Assembly: GCA_035477965.1 (NCBI GenBank)
Contig: DATIKD010000070.1
Coordinates: 1 to 42,447, forward strand
From: Dehalococcoidales bacterium
GTDB taxonomy: Bacteria; Chloroflexota; Dehalococcoidia; Dehalococcoidales; UBA3254
DNA: 42,447 bases
Reading direction: 5' to 3'
Positions 28,202 to 35,444 of this stretch are shown piece by piece. Each line of letters starts with the position of its first letter. The stretch's first letter is position 1. The translations under genes were made by a program, and so were the position numbers. The notes beneath the pieces are model-generated. The model ran no database searches, was not told the DNA's origin, and was given only the letters and a program-made list of their open reading frames with translations.

Positions 28202-30238
28202 TTATCCAGAAGGAGACCAGGGCGTCCACCAGCGCCGCGGGGGACGGATGCGCCGGCCCAGGAATCTCTCCAACCCGGCTTTTTGCAGGACGGTCCGGTT
28301 GTTGCCGCTGGCTTCTTCATCAATCAGAGTTGAGGGGACATCATCCCATTCAAAGTCACGCCGTCCAAAGGCGTCCCGCTGTTCCCAGACAATCACTTTG
28401 TCCCGCTCCATTTTCCAGCCGTTGGGCAGACTGCTTTCATTTCTGGCATAGGAGGTTGGCCGCAGGAGGCTGTCCAGGCGGGATTTAACGCGGTCATAAC
28501 GCTTTTCGGCATAATTCAACCAGGTTACCGGCTGACACCAGTCCGGCAGTTTTTCACCCGTGAATTCCGCTATTAGACCGGATATTGTCCCGGAAGATAA
28601 AGCCAGCCAGTCCTGAGGCAGCCGTTCAGACTCAAGTTGGTCCATTATCCTGGACAGATAACAACGGTAAAAGTGCCCTGTCAACCTGCGCCGCATTTCC
28701 TGCACCTTACTCTGCAAACGCTGGCGCATTTCCTCGTTATGAGGCGGCAAAGCGGTGGCAGTGTAAATCATCAGGCTGCGTTTGACCACCTCATCCGGGA
28801 AAGATTGAGGTTCGGCGTTCATGGAAAGAATGAAGCCGGGGTGTTCTTTGACCGGCGGCTGAAGTTCATTTTTTATCATATCCCGGCCGTGCGTCCTGAA
28901 AGCGGCGCGTCCGATGTCATCAAAAACCACCGGCAGGCGTTTATAGCTTTGCTGCAGGGCCTGCAGCCTGGCGGTGGTGAAGTTTTGTTTTTCTATCACC
29001 GGCGAATATCCGAACATGGAAGTCATCAGGGTATCCACCAGGCTGGTTTTGCCGCAGTTGGATTTACCAAAAATGATGGCAAAAGCCGGGAAGCGAATGA
29101 TATCACTGTCCTGCAAAAGGGCCAGAGCGCGCATATCGCACATAAAGGGAGAGAAATACAGCCAGGACATCAAGGTGAAGTAATCCCGCTGCAAACGCGG
29201 CACATTGCCTTCAAAGGCCCCTTCATAGTTGGTGAAATATTCCAGGATCAAGCCGGCATCTGTCCTGGCATAATCATCCTTCCAGTCAAGCGGGTACAAT
29301 TTGCCGGAAAGGTTGGCGGTCCGGTTGACCCGGTCCAGTGAAAAATAACGGTTATCGGCTTCTTCGGCCGACTTAACCAGGCGGATACGGCTGATTTCTT
29401 TTTTAATTTCAGGCGTAATTCTCTGTTTGCCGTTACGGATGGGCGGCAAAGCGGCCGAAAGAGTGGGGCCGAGGGCTGCGACTACTTTCTCAACTCGTTC
29501 TACCTGCACCGGTATGCTGATTTCGATCTCTTCGGCTGAGGGTGCATCTATGACCAGAGTGGAGGGTGAGCTGGTCATGACCGGAGTGCTGGATATTTCA
29601 ATTTCAGCGGTGCTGATACGGCTGTCTGGAAGGTCTATTTCATCCGCCGCCGCATCGCGTATCCGGTCGAACATCCGGTTGTAGTGCTGCCAGGCTTTTT
29701 CATCGTTGTCAAACTTGACCAGTGTTTCCGGTTGAGTGCCGGAAAAGGCCCGCTCAGAAAGATTGGCTGAGCCAACTATAACACGGTTACACCCTCCTTT
29801 ACCGGAGAGCAAATACAATTTGGCATGGGCGATGTATTTTCTGAGCACGTAAAAACGGGCGCCGCCGGAGTGTACTTTTTCCAGCACATAAATGTGGCGC
29901 TCATCCTTTAGTCCCATGATAGCTGCCCGCGTATCGCTAACCACCACTTTTTGAAAGGCCAGGATCTCTTTCATATCCCGCAGTATACCGTAGTGTCCGA
30001 AAAGGCACTCAAAACTCCGGAATGAATAGTTATCCAGCATCCTGACGATGGCATTGATACTGGAAGAATAAGTCAACACCCGCAGGCTATCGTAATCTTT
30101 AAACAGGTCCCAATCAAATTTCTGTTCATTTAGAAAGCGGGCGTCCACCACCCGCAAGCCAGTGCCGTCATCCAGACTAAGTCCTCGCTGGATTTCCTGG
30201 GCACCGTCAGATTCACCGAAAAGTCCGTTGGCCGGCAT
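28202..30238 (-). CDS. Fusion protein: N-terminal single-HKD PLD-family nuclease domain and C-terminal SF3/VirE/D5-like P-loop NTPase
   Basis: 678 aa. The HKD motif is IAHAKLYLLSGKGGCNRVIVGSANLS (His138, Lys140, GSAN 156-159; His codon at 29827-29825). Walker A is GKSNCGKT (aa 391-398), Walker B is LPVVFDD (aa 435-441), and LSMN (Asn473) is motif-C-like. Confidence 0.75.
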   Translation of the reverse strand: MPANGLFGESDGAQEIQRGLSLDDGTGLRVVDARFLNEQKFDWDLFKDYDSLRVLTYSSSINAIVRMLDNYSFRSFECLFGHYGILRDMKEILAFQKVVVSDTRAAIMGLKDERHIYVLEKVHSGGARFYVLRKYIAHAKLYLLSGKGGCNRVIVGSANLSERAFSGTQPETLVKFDNDEKAWQHYNRMFDRIRDAAADEIDLPDSRISTAEIEISSTPVMTSSPSTLVIDAPSAEEIEISIPVQVERVEKVVAALGPTLSAALPPIRNGKQRITPEIKKEISRIRLVKSAEEADNRYFSLDRVNRTANLSGKLYPLDWKDDYARTDAGLILEYFTNYEGAFEGNVPRLQRDYFTLMSWLYFSPFMCDMRALALLQDSDIIRFPAFAIIFGKSNCGKTSLVDTLMTSMFGYSPVIEKQNFTTARLQALQQSYKRLPVVFDDIGRAAFRTHGRDMIKNELQPPVKEHPGFILSMNAEPQSFPDEVVKRSLMIYTATALPPHNEEMRQRLQSKVQEMRRRLTGHFYRCYLSRIMDQLESERLPQDWLALSSGTISGLIAEFTGEKLPDWCQPVTWLNYAEKRYDRVKSRLDSLLRPTSYARNESSLPNGWKMERDKVIVWEQRDAFGRRDFEWDDVPSTLIDEEASGNNRTVLQKAGLERFLGRRIRPPRRWWTPWSPSG

Positions 30239-30380
30239 ATTTCACCCCAGTCCACTGGCGGTTCACGGTGTATTTAAAGCTTTTGCCTTATTCCGGTCAT
30301 GTCCGCCGAACCCGGAAAAGCCCGTACGGTAATAGAATATTCTTTTTCAGGGTCGTTTGAACAACCTTTTTACTTACTTA

Positions 30381-30409
30381 ATTATAGGCTGACGGTACGA
30401 ATGACACAA
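30381..30409 (-). promoter_or_regulatory. Candidate sigma70-type promoter for the PLD-ATPase gene (TTGTGT-17-TATAAT)
   Basis: On the minus strand the -35 TTGTGT lies at 30409-30404 and the -10 TATAAT at 30386-30381, with a 17-nt spacer. It sits about 143 nt upstream of the ATG. Confidence 0.35.
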
Positions 30410-30620
30410 CACACATCCTCCCGTCCGGCTGCATTAACGGAAGGGTCCGGCTTCCCGCATGAAAAAGCTGCTCGTACCCTCTGTCCGGCGGAAGCTAAAC
30501 GTTCCGTGAAATAGAAAAACGGTCTGGCTTTTTTGGCGCATGAGGAATGGACTTCAGAGATAATTTTCCGTATCAGGGAACAAACACAAAGGAAATCAGT
30601 TTTTAGCTCCGGGACAGGTC

Positions 30621-31439
30621 CTATAAGAGTCTGGGCTTGTTCTCCGGCGCGGCCTTTCCGTTATGAAGTTGGCTGTTCTCTCCCTGATAACCCGGGTCGG
30701 GCGGGAGTTCAGGCTGGCCGGCGGCAGACTGAGCCAGTTGGTCACACCATTCGTTTTCTGTTTGAAAATCATGCCCTTTAACCCACCTGAATTCAACACT
30801 GTGCGTCTCACATATCTTCAGCAGTCTTTCCCACAGGTCAGGGTTGATGGCTTTATCCTTGTTGTTTCTTTTCCAGTTGTTGGCCCGCCACCTTTTAGCC
30901 CAGCCAAGGTTAATAGCTTCAACCAGGTACTGGGAGTCGCTGTAAATGACAGCTCCGGTTTGAGGCGGCAAAGTTTCCAGGGCAACTATGGCGGCCATGA
31001 TTTCCATGCGGTTGTTAGTGGTAAGCCTGAATCCGCCGGACCGGGCCCGGGTTTGCCCGCGGCATTTGTAAATAATCCCGTAGCCGCCCGGCCCAGGATT
31101 GCCGGCACAGGCTCCGTCTATCCAGATTTCCAGAGCACCGCCGGATAACCATTCAGGGGTGATTTCAGTGTCAAGCGGTCCTTTGCCGAGCTTATTTTTG
31201 AGACCTGTGGGCAACTGCGGCACTTGCCGCGGCTGGTTTTCTTCAACCACTGCATAAAACTTTTTAACCACTCTTAAAGCTGCCGCCCTTTCTTTGAGGT
31301 CAACCATCCAGGCTTTATTCTCGGGGTCCCACTTGCGGGATTGGGTGCCGGATTTCAGTTCTGCCACGAAATCAGTATGGTAAGCGGCAGTGATTATCAT
31401 TCGCTGTTCGATGTATTGAATATGAGCGGTGTCGATCAT
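30621..31439 (-). CDS. rnhA: RNase HI domain protein with an unrecognised ~110-aa N-terminal extension
   Basis: 272 aa. The C-terminal RNase H fold has an intact DEDD set (IDGACAGNPGPGGYG, NNRMEIMAAIVALE, IYSDSQYLV, WVKGHDFQTENEWCDQLA). The N-terminal part contains KWDPENKAWMV. AAGGAG lies upstream. Confidence 0.85.
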   Translation of the reverse strand: MIDTAHIQYIEQRMIITAAYHTDFVAELKSGTQSRKWDPENKAWMVDLKERAAALRVVKKFYAVVEENQPRQVPQLPTGLKNKLGKGPLDTEITPEWLSGGALEIWIDGACAGNPGPGGYGIIYKCRGQTRARSGGFRLTTNNRMEIMAAIVALETLPPQTGAVIYSDSQYLVEAINLGWAKRWRANNWKRNNKDKAINPDLWERLLKICETHSVEFRWVKGHDFQTENEWCDQLAQSAAGQPELPPDPGYQGENSQLHNGKAAPENKPRLL

Positions 31440-31711
31440 ATGCTCCTTAATTCAGGGTTTTCCGGCCGGACTAATCCCGATTACCGTTTGTATTCTAACA
31501 TTCCCAGCCGTCAGTATGCACTATTCAGCCGGGACTCTCCAGGTAAAATCGAAGGCAGCCTGTAATCGGTTCCTTCCCCTTTTTTCAGCCGCTTATGGCA
31601 TAGTTTTAAAAAGCGGTCCGGAAGCTTTACCTACAGGCTGCCTCGATATTCAGTTAGCTGGCCTTCTCCACTTTGAGGAATATTGGCCCTGGGAAAAGTG
31701 CGAAGTGTCTA

Positions 31712-32650
31712 TTACTTGGATTTAACCTGGTCCTTCTCACTCAGGTATTTGATCAGGCTGTATCTTTCGTTTACTACCTGCTGCAGGTCATTGATAGCCT
31801 CTTCTTTCATATGGGAGAATTTACCCGCCATCTTGAGTAACTCACCTACCGGTTTGGGTTTGGCTACTTCGTGGGTCATGCGCAGTTTTCCATTCTCTGC
31901 CTCCCACAGCGGGAAGTAGTTGGTATTGACCGCAGTCCGACAGACCTGGATTACGCTGTCCGACTCCATGCGTGAGCCTACCGGGCAAGGCGCATAAACG
32001 TGCAGGTAAACAAATCCTTCATTTTTCTTCTCTTTGGCCTTTTCCAGTTTTCTGACCAGATCGTCAAGATGGCTCACGGTAGCCGTGGCTACATAGGCCG
32101 GCTGGTGCATCAGCATGACTAAGGGCATGTACTTTGAATGGGTAGGTTTGCCAAGCCACTTTTTGCCGACGGGTGTGGTGGTGGTGGCGGCACCCTTGGG
32201 GGTACCACTGCTTCTTTGAACCCCGGTATTCATGTATCCTTCATTATCGTAGCAAATGTAGATTATGTTCTCGGCTCTCTCGGCAGCACCGCTGAGAGGC
32301 TGAAAACCCACATCGGCGGCTCCGCCATCGCCAGTCCAGCAGACAATGGTGGCTTCCTTACCGATCTTCCGGTAATATCTGGCGACTCCGGTGGCGCTGG
32401 AGGGGACTCCCGTCATCAGGCAGCCCATGGAAGCCAGCTTGTGCCATGCACCCATATTCTGCCCGAAGAGAATCGGGGCCGAGCAGCAGGGGCAGCCAAA
32501 TACGACCATATCCTTACCCAGGACTTTCGGCGCATACCTGGCCAGAATTTCCAGAGTACAGCCGGGGCACCAGGCTAACCCTGGAGAAAATTGATCTTCC
32601 TTACTGAAATATTCAAAAACTTTGCCTCTTTTTTTCGTTCCTTCTACCAT
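31712..32650 (-). CDS. porB: 2-oxoacid:ferredoxin oxidoreductase beta (TPP-binding) subunit
   Basis: 312 aa. It has WCPGCT and the TPP motif GDGGAADVGFQPLSGAAERAENIIYICYDNEGYMNTG. Confidence 0.9.
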   Translation of the reverse strand: MVEGTKKRGKVFEYFSKEDQFSPGLAWCPGCTLEILARYAPKVLGKDMVVFGCPCCSAPILFGQNMGAWHKLASMGCLMTGVPSSATGVARYYRKIGKEATIVCWTGDGGAADVGFQPLSGAAERAENIIYICYDNEGYMNTGVQRSSGTPKGAATTTTPVGKKWLGKPTHSKYMPLVMLMHQPAYVATATVSHLDDLVRKLEKAKEKKNEGFVYLHVYAPCPVGSRMESDSVIQVCRTAVNTNYFPLWEAENGKLRMTHEVAKPKPVGELLKMAGKFSHMKEEAINDLQQVVNERYSLIKYLSEKDQVKSK

Positions 32651-32651
32651 C

Positions 32652-33854
32652 TTATTTCTCCTCCATCGGTATCCAGGTTACCTCCTGATAGGGCTTGCCC
32701 TTGGCGGCGGCGTTTGTCTCATCCACCACCCGCTCAAGGTGCGGGATGGTGATGTCCAGGTTGGCCAATCCGTCAATATAGTCAAGCATGGGAATAATGC
32801 CGATATCCGGCGTAAGCGCTCTCATTTCCATGTACAGGGGGCCGCAGTCCCAGCCAAAACAAACGGCGCGGTCAAGAATGCCTATGGCTTTTTTCCCTTT
32901 GAGAGCCTTGGCCAGCCTCTGGCGGGGGAAGGGACGGAACATCCTCAATTTGATCAGGCCCACTTTTATGCCTTGTGCCCTTTTGGCATCCACCACCACG
33001 CGCGCTGTTCCGGTGACGCTTCCTGAGGTCATAATCACTATTTCGGCATCTTCGGTACGATATTCCTCAATCTGGCCTCCCCAGCTTCGACCGAAATGCT
33101 TCTTGAACTCCTTGTCTAACTCCTCCAGTTTCTGGGGCACTCTGGCCATGGCTTTGGAATGCTTATAGCGAAGCTCCATGAAGCCCTCCAGCATGCCATG
33201 GGTAGCGCAACCCGTGGGCTGCCCCGGAATTATCTTGGGGCGCTCCGGCTGCAGCTTGAGAGGCGCCAGGAAATTATCCACCCTCTCGATGGCCGGAATA
33301 TCAACTGCCTCGGCATTAAATGAAAGGTAAAAACCATCATAGCAGACCATCACCGGAAGCTGAATGTTATAATCTTCCGCCAGACGGAAAGCCAAAATCA
33401 CGGTATCCATGATCTCCTGACAGTTTTCAACGCCTATCTGGACCCAACCGCCTTCCCGCACTGTCCAGGTATCCTGCTGGCCGCAGGAGACGGAAAATAT
33501 ACTGGTTAATTCTCGGTTGACGTTGACCATCACTACCGGGGCGCGGTAACCGGCTGCCACCAGGTAGGCATCAAACATAAAAGCCAGACCCGCTGCGGAA
33601 GTGGCTGTGAAAGCGCGTCCACCAGCCATACTGGCACCGATAACGGCGTTCATGGCCGAGTTTTCTCCCTCGGCTTCTACCATTTCGGCATCGAGTATAC
33701 CATCAGCGTGGAATTGGGAAAGCGTTTCTACCACCTCGCTCATAGGGGTTATAGGATAAGTACCCACCACATCCGGACGGCAAAGCATAGCCCCGTAAGC
33801 GGCGGCTGAGTTACCGGTAATTACTCTCACCTGACTGCTATTTTTAGTTGTCAT
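32652..33854 (-). CDS. porA: 2-oxoacid:ferredoxin oxidoreductase alpha subunit
   Basis: 400 aa. The N-terminus ...ITGNSAAAYGAMLCRPDVVGTYPITPMSEV is typical of PorA/VorA. Confidence 0.9.
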   Translation of the reverse strand: MTTKNSSQVRVITGNSAAAYGAMLCRPDVVGTYPITPMSEVVETLSQFHADGILDAEMVEAEGENSAMNAVIGASMAGGRAFTATSAAGLAFMFDAYLVAAGYRAPVVMVNVNRELTSIFSVSCGQQDTWTVREGGWVQIGVENCQEIMDTVILAFRLAEDYNIQLPVMVCYDGFYLSFNAEAVDIPAIERVDNFLAPLKLQPERPKIIPGQPTGCATHGMLEGFMELRYKHSKAMARVPQKLEELDKEFKKHFGRSWGGQIEEYRTEDAEIVIMTSGSVTGTARVVVDAKRAQGIKVGLIKLRMFRPFPRQRLAKALKGKKAIGILDRAVCFGWDCGPLYMEMRALTPDIGIIPMLDYIDGLANLDITIPHLERVVDETNAAAKGKPYQEVTWIPMEEK

Positions 33855-34137
33855 CGAACTCTCCTTCAGGCCGCATTACAATAGCTTTTTTGGGGCATTC
33901 TGTGACACAGATGCCGCAGCCTTTGCAATAAGCCAGATTTATAGTGAAAACGTCACTGGCTTCTTTTATACATTGCGGGGGACAGTACATTGCACAAAGC
34001 CCGCAACTATTACATTTTGCTGCATCCAGCACCGGCCGCTTGGTCCGCCAGCTACCCGTATCCAGGCAAAGAAACGATACATTGGCGTCAGACCAGGCGT
34101 TCTCCGTCTTAAATATATTTTCATATTTTTTTACCAT
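33844..34137 (-). CDS. porD: 2-oxoacid:ferredoxin oxidoreductase delta subunit (2x[4Fe-4S] ferredoxin)
   Basis: 97 aa. The cluster motifs are CNSCGLCAMYCP and CKGCGICVTECP. It overlaps porA by 11 nt. Confidence 0.9.
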   Translation of the reverse strand: MVKKYENIFKTENAWSDANVSFLCLDTGSWRTKRPVLDAAKCNSCGLCAMYCPPQCIKEASDVFTINLAYCKGCGICVTECPKKAIVMRPEGEFDDN

Positions 34138-34165
34138 ACAATTTCCTCCACTTCTTTATAACCTC

Positions 34166-34663
34166 CTATCCAGGGTAGAACCTTTCCGCGCTCCTGATTT
34201 TCTTTGAAGAATAACTCAGTCGGGGCAGTCCCCGCTTGTAACCGGCTCTGGCGTCAATCAGGTAGCGAATACAACGAAAAGGCGGGTACCAGGGATGTCC
34301 GGCCCGATTTTAGTATCTTTTTTTTACGCCATAGGCGACACCTCCTTTTCTAAAAGTTTTATCAGGCTATTTTAAATGAAAGTTGGACCCGATTTTACCC
34401 CTGTGAACAGGGCAGAGAGCAAAAAGTGGCCGGTTGATGGCTGACTGAGATTCGCGATTATTAATTAGAACTTCCTCCCGTGTTGTTTGACCCTTAAAAC
34501 GGGAGATCGTCATAAGGCTGATCACTCGTCTTAAAAAACCACAAATACCAATTCTGTCAGCTCGTTTACCCTTGGACAGGCAAACCTCCGGCAGGCGCCT
34601 GGCTACCCGAACGGTTCTCTGCCCTACCCTGATGTTTATCCCTGTTTCGATCAAATTCCTCAT
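34166..34663 (-). pseudogene. Decayed porG (gamma subunit) remnant split over two frames
   Basis: The ORF 34367-34663 keeps the PorG N-terminal spacing I-R-x-x-G-Q-x8-L-x-E-x2-L-x2-GK-x8-G-x2-R but lacks the GRGGQG glycine motif and is Arg-rich. A second frame (34309-34166) reads ...CIRYLIDARAGYKRGLPRL, resembling the PorG C-terminal DA...KRGxP region. The call rests on my recollection of the family consensus. Confidence 0.4.
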
Positions 34664-34708
34664 TTCAATCTCTATAGTTGTTGCGACCTTTCGTATTACC
34701 CTTATATT

Positions 34709-34757
34709 AAAAAAGAGGCTTGAAAGCTGTCCTGGGGCAACAGCAATCTAAAGCCTC
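34709..34757 (-). terminator. Rho-independent terminator closing the orphan transcription unit
   Basis: The minus strand reads GAGGCUU-uagauu-GCUGU-ugccccagg-ACAGC-uuuc-AAGCCUC followed by UUUUUU (plus-strand A-run 34709-34714). Confidence 0.65.
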
Positions 34758-34909
34758 GTTTCTTCGGTATGAATGAATTTTAACCCCGCCCGCCGGGTAT
34801 GTATGATGATCGTTTTACCAGAGTTTAGTCTATAGGCTTCTCCACCCCTAATTTTTTATCTATAGCTATTGCTGTGCCTTATTCCGGCATCAGCAGGCTT
34901 ACTTCTAAA

Positions 34910-35167
34910 TCAAACTCGAATGGACAAAGTCATGGATGAGACTGGGAGCAATGGAAATCTTTTTGCAGAAGTCCTGGAAACTGGCAACCTTACTGAACGT
35001 CTCGAACACCCTGAACCTGGGCTGGTTGTTCGGAGGCGTGTCATGTTCATCATTTCGTCAGTCGATTTTTCGCGGCAATTCTGGTTGAAGCCCAGTGTGA
35101 AACGGCCGCTTGCAAGGGGGCGGAAGACTTTCTGGAAAGTCATGTTATAGTTCTGGCCAATACTCAT
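34910..35167 (-). CDS. Small hypothetical ORF (85 aa), probably frame-disrupted
   Basis: AGGTGA lies 4 nt upstream. The ATG overlaps the TAA of an upstream open frame (TAATG). The first ~40 aa look protein-like (MSIGQNYNMTFQKVFRPLASGRFTLGFNQN). The tail is Arg/Ser-rich. The -1 frame (35057-34905) reads ...FRVFETFSKVASFQDFCKKISIAPSLIHDFVHSSLI. Confidence 0.3.
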   Translation of the reverse strand: MSIGQNYNMTFQKVFRPLASGRFTLGFNQNCREKSTDEMMNMTRLRTTSPGSGCSRRSVRLPVSRTSAKRFPLLPVSSMTLSIRV

Positions 35168-35444
35168 TACTTCACCTGCAGTACGTTTATGCGTTCCTGG
35201 CCTGGTTTGAGCATTACGGAACTACCAAACCCCAATGGGTAACCTGATCACCCTGTTACTACCAGACGGCGGGTATCTACCCGGCGCGCCTCCGCGTCAA
35301 ACCGGATATTATCCGGAGCCGGTCCAGTCAAGATTAAACGAAAGAAAGACTGATAACATCGGGAAATAACACTGACCTGCTATTCTACAGAGGAATACCG
35401 GTAAGAGACCGGAAATATGTAATAGATAGCGTGTAATTTATTTC

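Noticed and set aside
34590-34604. B12-box-like AGCCAGGCGCCUGCC on the minus strand
   Set aside because: It is one nucleotide short of the consensus. It lacks the upstream conserved cobalamin-riboswitch elements. It lies inside the porG-like remnant.
34835-34853. T-box-like sequence AAUUAGGGGUGGAGAAGCC on the minus strand
   Set aside because: It resembles the T-box core AAUUAGGGUGGUACCGCG. However it lies ~80 nt from the terminator instead of overlapping its 5' arm. I could not find a specifier-loop or stem I architecture. The downstream genes are not aminoacyl-tRNA related.
34869-35150. 93-aa plus-strand ORF inside the orphan unit
   Set aside because: It has no Shine-Dalgarno sequence. It is antisense to the frames that show an RBS and TAATG coupling, and it runs against the direction set by the consensus promoter and terminator.
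35248-35250. In-frame TGA as a selenocysteine codon
   Set aside because: I can identify no convincing SECIS-type hairpin with the right spacing. The flanking peptide matches no known selenoprotein. TGA is used as an ordinary stop by neighbouring genes such as etfA. A nonsense mutation in a decaying gene is the simpler explanation.
35200-35275. TPP-riboswitch-like AACCUGAUC...CCAG...GGG segment on the plus strand
   Set aside because: Only the 3' half is loosely similar. The conserved CUGAGA/GGGG 5' half is missing. There is no downstream plus-strand gene to regulate.
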